DNA of 64,000 bases. Source: Cycas panzhihuaensis (lineage: Eukaryota; Plantae; Cycadophyta). Of this stretch, positions 26,914 to 39,500 are shown piece by piece. The stretch spans positions 211,861,741-211,925,740 of the forward strand of contig CM041465.1 of the NCBI GenBank assembly GCA_023213395.1. The letters run 5' to 3'. The position numbers were made by a program, and so were the translations under genes. Below the pieces are notes generated by a model that saw nothing but the letters and a program-made list of their open reading frames with translations, was not told the origin of the DNA and did not search any database. Every line of letters begins with the position of its first letter. Positions within the stretch are counted from its first letter, which is position 1.

Positions 26914-27322
26914 TAGGCTCTAAGTTTATGTTTCTCCTGGGGCAACCTTCGGTTGCTATTCTGTCTAATGGCGCCTGCCCACAGATGGCAAAACAGGGAC
27001 CCTTTATACCCAGGTATAGCGCCGGGCTCTATATACCTCAGTACGTGGGTTGCTAAGAAGGCTTTGACACCCCCCTGAATTGTTGGTCCACCTGCGCCGG
27101 ATTTATGCCTAACGGATCTGATCTAGCGGTGAAGGTTCTTGAACCAAGGCACTCTCCAGGTCTAGCCTTGGTCTCCAAACACCATAAAATGAAAAGGTTC
27201 TGCACCTCAGCCTGCCACCGTATACACCTGATAGCTAATGGCTGTCATCATCCAATATGAGTAGGCCGATTAGCGTGTGCGGGGTGGTAACTTCAGGGGT
27301 CCTAACCGTTCCCCTTGCAAGG
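26914..27322 (-). ncRNA. Putative cis-acting structured RNA in the Copia C leader (copy 2, better preserved)
   Basis: Homologous to 1591-2002. Hairpins accaaggc/gccttggt (27143-27172), ggtat-agc/gct-atacc (27013-27037), gcaacc-gaa-ggttgc (26942-26956); long-range ggtggca/tgccatc. Confidence 0.65.
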
Positions 27323-27785
27323 CTGGAAAAAAGTGTGGTTCAATTCAGAATTATCTTATTTAATGTGGAAACTAATCTATTTAGCAATGTGGTCTTGCTT
27401 AGAAAAAGAAAATTCCTTTGATAATAAAAAAAATGCTCTAAGCAAGATGAAATGAAAACTTTTACAAAAGTCTTTTATTTATTTATTTTTTTAAATAATG
27501 TCCTTCAAACAAATGTAATATGCCTTTGGAAAGAAATACAATTTTCCTTTTATAAGTGCAAGAAAGATGATATTTTTCAACAACTTTGATACAAAAGTAT
27601 AATGATCAATAAGAAAGTAATGATGCATTTGAAACAAACTTAAAAAAAAAAATTCACTTATGCAAAACTTGAAATAACTTTTGAGAATAAAGAGTTTTCA
27701 AAAAATGCCAATTTATCAAATAAGTAATGTAAATCTTCAATATAAAGAGACTTTCCCTTTTGTATAAAAATAACTTTCTTTGAGT

Positions 27786-27899
<114 letters not shown>

Positions 27900-29119
27900 C
27901 CTTATAAACAAATGATGATTCAAAATAACTTAAAATGCTTGTAGAAAGATTAAGCGAAACTTTGAGTAAATAATGAGGTATGAACTAGAATTTTCTTTAA
28001 AAATTTTGAAAGAAGACAAGCTTGTTAGGATGTATGTATATGCTCAACTTTAACAGATTGAAAACTATATTGAATAATGTCAGAATAACTTAAAATTTTA
28101 CCAATATGTAGATTGATGAGGTGTGAATCCAATGAAATAAACAGTTTTGAAAATGGGTACCAATAAATCATAATTTAAATAATGCAAAGTTATGGACCTC
28201 CTTATGGAGCCTAACAAGAGCAGGGTAGGCAAGAATTGCATAAAATTACTAATTAACCTTTAGAAAAAGTTGAACAAAGGATCAAATATTATTTACGAAG
28301 TAATCAATGTTCTTCCAATTGAAAATTTTTTAAAAAATTAGTGTAAAAAATAACAGATTTAGGGCAATAAGATACCTCAACTTTGAATGATTTGAAAGAT
28401 AAGAAAATTTGTCAAAATATATAGAAAAATATGTCAAAATGAAGAGAAATGAGTCAGCTTCCCAACGGTCGACTAATTGAAATCGATAGAAAATGGAAAA
28501 GTTATAGTGAAAAATGTAAGAAGTGTGTTTATGGAGAATGTTAAAAATAAGCAAAACCAACTAAATTCCTTATTTCAAATGATTAAAGTATTAGTGAAGA
28601 TGAACTCAAAAATTGAAGTAAAAAGTGGGTATTAAATTCTATACAAAATAGATCATTATAGAGGAAATTTGGGTAAAAATAGTTTACGTAAATAAATGAC
28701 ATGATCTAAAACCGATTTTGTTAAAAATGCGAAAATTGTGAAATTTTGAAAGTCTAATGTTAAAATGGTCGAACAGGTCAAATTGGCACCAAATTGGTCT
28801 TATGACTAGTCGAAATCGGTGTATGGAAAAGTTTGATCTATTGGAGGTGGTTTCGCCTAAAAACGATAAGCGCTGAGAAGTTATGGCCACAAAAGTGCCA
28901 ATAACTCTATGAAAAATAAAATTAAAAAAAAAAAAAAGTTTAAAAATTAAAAAAACTTCTTAAAAATGGGTTCAAGATGGACCTGGGATTGAACCCAAGA
29001 CCAATGAGAAACTAAAGACCTCCAATGCCAGGAGGGTAAACTCACTCGCCGAGTTTTAAGACAAGAATGAATTTAAAAACCCAAAACAAAAGCGAGTAAC
29101 GAAAAACTAAAATAGTACA

Positions 29120-29310
29120 AGGCGAATATAATCAATGCACAAAGGCGATTTAATGAAACGCAATAATCAACGCACAAAGGCGATTTAATGAAACGTAAAA
29201 TGCGTAAAGGCGATTTAATAATAAATATAATGAAACGATAGAATATGGCGTAACGCACAAAGGCGATTTAATGAAACGCAATGGCAAGATGATTTAATGG
29301 AACACGCAAC
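29120..29310. repeat. Irregular tandem repeat with core aaaggcgatttaat (4 exact copies plus degenerate ones)
   Basis: Seen directly in the Copia C leader. Confidence 0.85.
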
Positions 29311-29998
29311 AACGGTAAAAGACGTGGCAAACGGCCTAGCTATGCTCGAATAGCGCCAGAGGCAGGAGCCTGAACTAGACACGCCAAGACCAGAGAGGTA
29401 GCGCACAGACAAAGAGACAACGCAGGAGCACAGAGGCGAGCACGCCAAAGATAACGCAAAGAGGTTGTGCGCACCTACAGAGAAACAGAAATACCAAAAC
29501 GGCACAAGAGCAAAATGAACGGAGGCAGAGAGTGCAAAGAGACAACATAGGCTGAGTAGCGTTAGCAACAAGCGAGGCACATAGGCCTTAGCAGCATTAA
29601 TACAGAGAGAGGGTATCAATAATGCAGGAGAGTTGTTCAGTACAGTTGCAAAGAGTGCACAGGACAACAGAGAGCTGGCTCAAGCTATATATATGGATGG
29701 TAATAATACTACAGATCTATGGAGCGCTTATATATTGAAGATCAAAAGTACGAAGCAAAAATATATATAAAAATTTATTTATTTAGAGATCGAGGAACGA
29801 AGAACCCGGTTCCAGATGGTTGTGCAAACTTCGAAGTGAGAACTTCCTTTATGGTGGATGAAATCTTGATCCGCTTCTCCAAAGGATAGGTGAGCTCGCT
29901 AGAATCTCAACGAGCAGTCATATAGATACGTTTCGCCAGATGTATGAGTAACTAACAACAGAAAATAGACAATAGTATCACCGTGGCTCGATACCAAA

Positions 29999-30326
29999 TG
30001 ATGGAGCCGAGGAGCAGAAAGCAGACATCATAACGTTCTCATCTTGAGTACAACGGCAATTTCAATAGAATGGTGGTGTTAATAAACACCGTGGAGGTAT
30101 TCCCAACCCTTAAATAGAGAATTGGGGAGGCGCCAGCGCCATCACCCTACCGCACAACAATTAAAGTTAGTTTAAAAATATTAAAATAAATAACGGTGAT
30201 ACGACCTCAAATGAGTGGTCGGTCCGAGCGGATATTGAATGGATCAAGGTACCTTAGGGGCCCTTAAAGGCGCCTTTGAGGGGCCCTAAGTGCTTTGGTG
30301 CACGTACATTGGGATTATTCCCAACA
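29999..30326 (-). repeat. 5' LTR of Copia C
   Basis: TG..CA, adjacent to the PBS, TSD TAGCA. Confidence 0.95.
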
Positions 30327-32623
30327 TAGCATATGATAAGTGCCCAATCAAGTTGCTTAAATCCTTCCTACATATATGTATCCCTATGGGAATAATGGGT
30401 GTAGAGGAAATATACCTTGTGTGACCAACCCATATTTTTATCTAATTGAGACAATCCCCCAACCTATATAAGTACATCATACCCACCATCAACACCCTTA
30501 CCCCCTATGGGTGGTGCCTAAGACTAATGGACTTATTAATCATAACTTAGACCCATGGACTCATGGACCCAACCTACAAGGTTGGAAGGTTCCTTCCTAG
30601 TGATCTTCCTTAATCTTATAATAAAAGTGATGCAAAAGCCACAATAGGAATGTAAAATGGACCAATTTTATTAATGGAAGATGTAAAGTACATAAAATAA
30701 GCACTTGAAAGACACTAAAGAAAGATTAAGAGCACCAAAGTGTACTAAAGTATAATCTCAAATGAGATACAAAATACACAACCACCTTCTTTTATACACA
30801 TTAGGCCTTAAATAAACAAAAGAGGCTTTCTTCTAAACAATGCCATTAATGGGGCAAATGGTCTTCAATTCTATTAGTAGTTACAAATAATCCTATGTAC
30901 ACAAGCTAATGACTACCACTGACCATTGGGAGCCTTCATCATAAACACATATAAGTAAGTTTCATAGGCTATAAGTGGTTATATGACAGGTCCCCCTCCC
31001 TAAGATGTTGAGTACTCAAAGTGGAAAAGGTGTAAATATTACTTAATAAAATTAGCAAATTTCTAAGTTACTTCATCTAAACCATAATTGACCTATTACA
31101 CCAAGTATTTAGAGATGGTCCTATTATGAAGGTGGTATTATTGGCTAACCAAAATTTGCTCTAGTAGGATGGTGATAAGTTACTCTTTATTAAGGATTGA
31201 TAGGGTTATTTGGGAGATGGTATCCTTACTAAGGCACTTCTTAAGACAAGAAACATGAAAGACAATCTAGATTTTAGTATTAGATAGGAGTTCAAGGATG
31301 TAAGTAACCTCATCAATTCATTGAAGTACTTTGTAAGTCTATAATTACATAATCTAAGCTTCTAACTTTTATGACTCTTAAGGGATTATTTCTTATAGGG
31401 TTGGAGATGAAGAAAGACAAGGTCACTAATGGAAAAGGAATAAATGGAACAGTGGTGGTTGGTAAGTTGTTTCATATGATTTTATGCTACAACTAGGTTG
31501 TATTTAAGGGTGGTGAGAATTTGATCCATATCCTTGAGTTTTTACTAAATAGACATGGTGTGGAGGTTAGTGGCTAACATATGATGGGATGGTAGGGGAT
31601 ATCTATATAGAGCTAGAAATAGGGATATTTCAATAGTTGAATGATGAAAAGAATTATACTAATATTCTATGAGGGCTAGTTAGGAGGTCCATTTAGCTTA
31701 GTGTTCATAGGTAAAGCATTTGAGGTAAGTTTCCATAATTTTGTTAATGGCTTCTGATTAGTTATTTGTTTAGGGATTAAGGATGGACTCATATTAAATA
31801 AAGTTCCTAGTACTCTAGAAAATTCTTTCCAAAATGTGTTAGTAAACTTGGGGTTATGGTCATATACTATAGTAGACAAAACCCATGAAGGCAAAATATA
31901 GTTTAGATGTATAAATCAGAAGGTGAGGTGCCTTATACAATATATAGATTGGAAGAAAATAGGTATATTTTATCGCCTATTAATAACTACCCAAATCAAA
32001 TTATATCTGATAGATATTATTAACCCTATCATAAAATCCATGGTAATATCCCACCATTTTCCTTAGGAAATATGTAGGGGTTGAAGTAGTCAGAGTTGGG
32101 CCTTAGTGTTAATCTTATTCCTTTAGCATATGTCAGATTTTATGATAAATGTGAGGATGGAAGGTTTCATATGTGGCTAGTAAAAATTTATATGAATATA
32201 TCATTATGTTTTATTGAAACCTAAGTGACCTCCTTATAAGAGTGGAGTAGCATTCTATCATGATACTAAGGATAAAGGTGGATGCAAGAGGTACAAAAAT
32301 ATAATTTTTATATAGAAGCATATTTTATTAGTGGACCAATCCTTATGATTTTGGGCTTTAGAAGCCCATTAGAAATGATAGACTAGGCCTGGTTTTCAAT
32401 TGCTAAACCCTTTATCCAAGTTAGTTGAGGTGAGGAAATAGCTTAGATAAGGGATTTCGGGGAAGTATTATCAACAACAATATTATATTTTTCATTCTTA
32501 TAGGTGATTGTAAAATAAAATAACTATAATAATTTAATCCATTTAGCCTAGTCTTTAGATAATACTGGTTAGTCTAATAAGCAACAAAGGCTATGGTGAA
32601 CTTAGAGCCAAGGAGGTATTGAT

Positions 32624-35600
32624 TATTAGATATGTGATAATAATTATGAGAAGGCTTTAATTTTTAGGACTTTTATCGGCAGCTTCCCACTAATCTTTCC
32701 TCGAGGATCCAAGGAGATGACACCCCACTTGGCCGAGGGGATGTGGGGGTTATGGAACACCGCAAGTGGGGGTTCAGGCACAGCCCAAAAGCAAAAATCT
32801 AGGGCTCAAAATATATTAAATTATAAAGGGAATCTAGGTTGTTCATTAAAAAGAACTAGATATGATGGTTACAATTGATGTGTCTTTCTTATAACCCATT
32901 TTCAAGGTAATTGTATCACATTATATTGTATTGCATTGCATTATAAAGGGATGACTATTAATTATTACTACTGTGGAAATTCTGTGGAGATTGCATATAT
33001 AATTTTTCATTCCTGACTAATAAAGATTGATACCTTTCTTGTGTGGATATTTCCCTAGCATTCTGCTAGGGTTTTACCATGTTAACATCTATGTACTAAG
33101 TAAAGTATATACTTTCTTATATATATTGAATAATCTCTAGTTTTAGAGACTTGAATTTATTACAGTTTTAAATCCTTGTTATTGTTGTAAAATAGTTAGA
33201 TCTTAATGGCTAGTTTTGGTTAGTTAGACTAGGTTTTTCTCAACAAGTGGTATTAAAGTCACTCATATTTTGTAGCAAGTCTATAAAGAGTTTGATATTG
33301 ATTCATTTTACATCAAATGGAAAAAGTAACAAATGCAAAGTTCAAGGTGGAGAAGTTCAATATGAAAAATAACTTCAAGTTGTGGAAGCTCAAAGCATAT
33401 GACATTCTATTACAATAGGGATTGTACAAAGCCTTGGAAGGTAAGGCAAAGAAACCATTGGTAATAACTGATAAAGAATGGGAGGGTATGGACAAAATAC
33501 TTATTATTACAATACATTTATACTTGGCAAATGAAGTTCTATTTAACATTGCAGATAAAAAATTAGTAGTAGGTCTATGGAAAACATTAGGAAGCCTCTA
33601 CATGATAAAGTCCATGACCAATCAAATCTACTTGAAGAGGTAACTATATTCATTATGTATGAATGAAGGTATTAAAATTTTTTATTATTTAATTGTCTTT
33701 TGTACTTTTATATGATAGTTGGCTAGTATTGGTGTACATCTAGAGAATGAAGACAAGGTAGTAACCTTATTATGTTCATTACCTAGGTCTTAGGATAACA
33801 TTATCATCTCCATTAGATTTAGTACTACTATCAACTAGACTATGACTCTTTTATGAGTGCTTTACTCATTGAAAAGTGAGGATGAGATGTAGTTTAAAAA
33901 CCTCTACACCAAGCTAAGGGGTAGATCCATAGAGAGAGGAAAAAGTTCTAGAGATACATTAAGATCAAATTTGAAAGGTAAGAAGGGTAAACTAAGATGC
34001 TGGCACTATAATAAGATAGGTCACCTTAAGAAGAATTGCTAGAAGAGGAAGGAATTATAGAGGAAAGAAGACCCTACTAAGGAGGCAAATTAGGCTAAAT
34101 CAAGTCAAGCTATGGATAATGATGTCTTAGTTGCATGCAATATTTCTCATTATCATAATAATTGGATATTAGATTTGGGTGATTCTCACCATATATATCG
34201 ACACAAAAGTTGGTTCTCTGTGTACCAACCTCTTGATGATGGTGATGTTCTCATGGGAAATGATGTTTCTTGTAAAACTATTGGGGTTAGTAGCATCAAA
34301 AACAAAATGTTTAATGGTGTAGTAAGAACATTAATAGAAGCTAAACTTGTACCTAATCTTAAAAGGAACCTAATTTCTTTGGGTGAACTAGATTCTAGTC
34401 ATTGCAAGTATACAAGTCATGGAGGAGTTTTAAAGGTGTCAAAGGGTGCCTTAGTTGTCATGAAGGCTGTGAAGAAAAGAAATATTTACACTCTAATTGG
34501 AAGTATAGAAATCAATCAAGAAGTTATAGTGTTAAAGATAGTAGAAGATCCTACTTGATTATGGCATCAAAGGTGGGATATATGAGTGAGAAAGGATTGC
34601 AAGTATTGATGAACTATAAGTTACTTCCTAACTTAAAGTTTTCAGATTCGACATTTTGTAAACATTATGTCTTTAGAAAGTAGTGTAGTCTTAGATTTAA
34701 TATAGGGAGTCATATAAGTAAAGGTATTATAGATTATGTCCATTTAAATGTATGAGGACCAACCCCTATGATATCTTATAGAGGAGTATTGTATTAAAAC
34801 ACTCGTAGATTACTTCTCTAGAAAGGTGTGGGCTTATTTTTTGAAGAGAAAGTATGATGTATTCAGTGTCTTTAAGTAATTTAAAGCTTCAGTTAAAAGG
34901 AGTATAGGTAGGTCAATCAAATGCTTACGAATAGATAATATAGGTGAGTTCAATTCTTTAGAGTGGCAAGCAAAAGTATGATAGAAATCAACATGAAGGC
35001 TTAATTGGCTAGGACGTTTGATATGAAGGATCTCAAAGTAGCAAAACAAATCTTGGGTATGGAGATATATAGAGACAGGAATAATGGTAATCTTTGGTTA
35101 TCACAATAGAAATATATAGAGAAGATACTAACTAGATTTGGTATGGTAAATATGAAACTTATTAGTATCTCATTTGCTTCCTATTTCAAGCTTTCTTCAA
35201 GTTTGAGTCTTAATTATGAGGAAGAAAAGGAATATATGTCTTGTGTACCTTATGCTAGTATAGTATAAAGCTTAATATATACCATGGTATGTACAAGACC
35301 TAATATTTCATATGCATTCAAAGGTGATTAGCAAATACATGGTAAATCTAGGTAAATAACATTAGGTGGAAATGAAATAGATGCTTTGATATTTAAGAGG
35401 CATAAGTGACTATTGCATTATCTTTAATGGTATGGCTAATTCAATTTGTAGATATATGGATGCAGATTTTATATAAGACTTGGATAAAATAAGGTCGACT
35501 TCAGGTTATGTATTTACTCTTATAAATAGTCTAATTCATTGGATGTCTAAACTTCAAAGTTTAATTGCTTTGTCTACTACATAAGCTAAGTATATTATTA

Positions 35601-36594
35601 TAGCACATGCTTGTAAGGAGGAAATTTAGTTGTAGGGTCTATTGGGTAAGTTTGAAAGGATACAAGATAAGGTAAAGGTATTTTGTGATAGTTAAAGTGC
35701 TATTTACTTAGCCAAGAATATAGCTTATCATAATAGGACAAAGCATAGTATAGTCAAATACCATTTTGTAAGATAGGTTATTGAAGCAGGTGGAGTAGCC
35801 CTTGAGAAGGTTAATACTCATCAAAATTATGTAGAAATATTCATTAAACTAGTGCCATTAAAGAAGCTCAAATGGAGTGTAGTTTCTCTTAGCTTGCAGA
35901 AAAGATGATGAATGGTTTAGGAATGGTATTAGGAAAATTGTTGTCAAGGTAGAGATTGTTAGATATGTGACAATAATTATGATAAGTCTTTAATTTTTAG
36001 GACCTTTATCCACAAGGTTTGCCCATCAATCTTTCCTCAAGGGGATCCAAAGGGGGTGACATACCTCCTTGGCTAAGGGAGGTATGAGGGAGTGTGGAAC
36101 GCCAGTATGCAAGTGGGTGTTCAGGGGTGATAGCCCCTGAATAAAAAAACTAGAGCTCAAAACTTATCAAATTATAAAGGGAATCTAGGTTGTTCATAAA
36201 AAGACCTAGATCTAATGGCTATGATTGATGTGCCTTTCTTATAACCCATTTTTAGGATAATTGTATCATATTGTATTGTGTTACATTATATTACAAAGGG
36301 GCAATCATTGGTTGTTGTTGTTGTGTAAATTCTATGGAGACTACATATATAATCTTTCATTCCTAACTAATAAAGAATGATACCTTTCCTATGTGGATGT
36401 TTCCCTAGCACTCTATTAGGGTTTTACCATATTAAAAGCTATGTATTAGGTAATGTGTATGTTTTCTTAGGTATGTTGAGTAATCTATGGTTTTAGAGAC
36501 TTACATTTATTACAATTTTGAATTGCGGTTATTATTATAAAATAATTAGATCTTGGTGGCTTGTTTTGGTTAGTTAGACTAGGTTTTCTCAACA
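32624..36594 (+). mobile_element. Tnt1/Tork-like Copia element D nested in the chromovirus RNase H
   Basis: LTRs 32624-33245 and 35957-36594; TSD TTGAT; PBS tggtattaaagtc at 33248; PPT aaggtagagat. Confidence 0.95.
33317..35909 (+). pseudogene. gag-pol: Copia gag-pol of element D with an INT-RT deletion near 34960
   Basis: MEKVTNAKFKVEKFN start; WILDLGDSHHI protease; LRIDNIGEF runs directly into RT-middle FDMKDL. Confidence 0.9.
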
Positions 36595-39500
36595 TTGATG
36601 TCACTTACCCATTGCATGCCATATTACTTTCATCTCTTTCTTATAGATGGATAATTGATTCTTATGGTCCTTGAGTTTTTAGCTTTAAAATTTAATGGGA
36701 TGAAACTTTTACATGAGAATGATGCCTAGGCTAAAACCTAAAGCATTGTATTCAAGCTAAAATGGTTACCACAATTTGGGTGTTGTGAGGACCATAGTGA
36801 ACATCATAATAGTTTTAAGGTAATTAAAAGTATCTCTTACTACAAGGGACTAATAGAATGAGTATTTTTAAAGTAAGTTGGTTAGCGAGGCAATCAATAA
36901 AGCATAGTTCTAAGTGAAAGAATGATAGAATCCTATGAGGCATAGGAAGGCTTACAACTATGTGAGGTCCTTAAGGATGGGCTAGGCAGTGACAACTAAG
37001 ATTTTATCTAGGTTGACCCTAACATAATTTGATAAAATGATATAGCCTAAGTACTATAACATAGATCTACCAAATTTACAATTATATAGTTTTATATATC
37101 TTTGATACCAATTGAGGATTTAGAAGATTTTTTTAAGATGTTAAAGGTGGCGACTCATATAAGAAGTGTAAATAAGGATTTTGTTAAAGGAAACAATAAT
37201 AAACTTTTGCAAATAAGGCCTAGATATTTTATTTATTAAGTCTTAGAATGTGGATGGTATATTACATAATCCAAATGGCATCACTTATAACTCAAAGAAC
37301 TAGTGATTAGGATCTAGTAATAGTCAGACTAAAGATTGAGTTTAGAAAAGATAGTAATTCCATGAATCTCATCAAGAATTTCATCAATTCTAGGGGTTGG
37401 GAACTTATTTTTTATAGTGATTTTATTGAGCTCTCAATATTCTACATAGAGTTAAAATGAACTATCTTTTTTTTTTATACAAGGACAATGGGTGTTATAT
37501 AAGGACTTTTACTAGTCTAGATAATAACCATGTCCATTAGTTCATTTAAAATTTTCTTAATTTTATTTTTCTAAAAATATGAATTTTGGTAGGGTCTTAA
37601 GCTAATGGGGTCATGGGTATTCTTGAGTTTAATGAAGTGATGAAAACCATGATCTAATAGAGGTGTGTTAAGTAATAAGACAAATATTGGTTGATACTTT
37701 AATAGGAGTGTCTAAATATTTGAATGAATAATCTATTGAGGTTGGATGTTGTTAATATAAATTATATATCCAAGACTACTAGATAAGTGCTTCCTCACTC
37801 AATTTTGAGATATGACTTTGTTTGGGGAGAATGGATACCATGTAATTTATGAGTTTGACTAATGTAATCCTTAAACAAGATGAAGGGATTATTAGGAGAG
37901 TTATTAGTATTATATTTACCAAGTATTTGAACCCATTGGACACTAAGTATTTCATTTGATCCTCCTATAGATAGGGTGCAAAAGTCATCAACTTAGTGAT
38001 AGGAATCAATTTATACCATCGTATTTTTTATAGTACTAATACAGTGCAAGGTTTATGGCATGATAAGGCATAAATAAACCAAAGTTTAGGAATAATCTAA
38101 AGTTTTACCTATCTGACTAAGGAAATATCTATAAAGTTTAAAGATGCACCACCATCAATTAAAATTATGATGGAGGTCTTCTTGATTTATCCTTTTACAA
38201 GGAGGGGTTCTAGATAGGATGTGATCAAGATAATAGCTAAGGAAACTTCTAGTTAGGGATCGGGAAGGAATTCTTTACGGGCCTGCTCTTTGAGTTCATT
38301 TTAAGAGTAAGAGTCCTTATCCAAAGCAAGGTCAATTGTGAAGATTATTTTCTTTACTTTGCATGCCTTCATGTATCTAGGGACCTTTTTTTTTTAATAC
38401 CTAATATATAGGCTAGCCTTCATACATCGATTTACTTTCATTATTAAAATATAGACTTGGTCTACTACTAGTTCTATAGTTGATCATTGCATTTCATCAA
38501 TTTTAAGCCCTTGGTGTTATTGGTCAAAAAATTAAGGTTTGCTGATATTGTATGGGATTTGCCTAAATGTTGTTTCTTATTCTACTATAAACTCAACCTT
38601 AATTACTTTGGATTTATACATGGCCTCCCTTAGGCTAAATAAGGATATAGCCTTTAGGCACATATGAATGTGCTCCTTGATTCCCAACATATAAATATCA
38701 ATGCGTGTGTCCTAATCAAGTGAATAGAGAACCTAGGTGTGTAATTCCTAAAATTTATTTGTGTAAGCCTTTACTAACCTTATCTACTTTAGCCAAGTGA
38801 GTTGTCTAAAGAAGGAGTTATTCTAGGTGTTACCATATTATTCAAAAAAACTCTAATACAATTATTCCCATATTTGGACAGATGAATTCTCATGTTGCCA
38901 CTATTAGAAACAATGGTATACTTTCCCCTCTAAATGGATTAAGGCAAATATAATTTGGTCTATTAGGAAGAAGTAAGACTCCAACTTACTAATCCAACTT
39001 TATGAAGAATCTATATTTATATTAAGGTCAAAAGTTGGGACTATAATCTTGTGATTGAATTATAGTTGCCTTGATGAAAAAGGGGGTAGTGCTCTAGAAG
39101 GTAGTGGTGAAGGGCCTTTTGTATTAGACATAAACAAGTTACCAGAGTTGGTCACCAATTGTTAGAGTATCTTCTCAATGTTCTAGCATAAGCCATCTTA
39201 TTGTTGGTCACTCTAGTCTTATATCTATTATATGGCATGTTTCATCTTTGTTATTGCTTATGAGAAGGAAATAATACTTGGAGCCATTTCTTCCAAGTGT
39301 GTAATACTTTAAGATACTCCCTTCGAGTGTACCTTTAATACTTAAATATAATTAACCTATGTAAAAGGGGTCATTAAAGAATAATCCAATATTGCAAGAA
39401 GTGTGAAGGGGAATTATAAAAGGAGGAATAGATCTAGAAGAAGGATGTTACTGGAAGGGGAAATAGGTAGACAAAAATAGATTAAAGAATTAGGGATTAA

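Noticed and set aside
26914-27322. Identification of the structured block as 7SL, RNase P/MRP, U3, telomerase RNA or a group I/II intron
   Set aside because: The diagnostic motifs of these families are not visible by eye; an Rfam search is still needed.
29120-29310. CRISPR-like repeat/spacer pattern
   Set aside because: Eukaryotic TE context, a short repeat, spacers related to each other and irregular in length, and no cas genes.
29215-29667. 150-aa hydrophobic ORF in the Copia C leader (env-like or uORF?)
   Set aside because: TTG start, low-complexity T/C/G-biased sequence overlapping tandem repeats, and no homologue in Copia A or the satellites.
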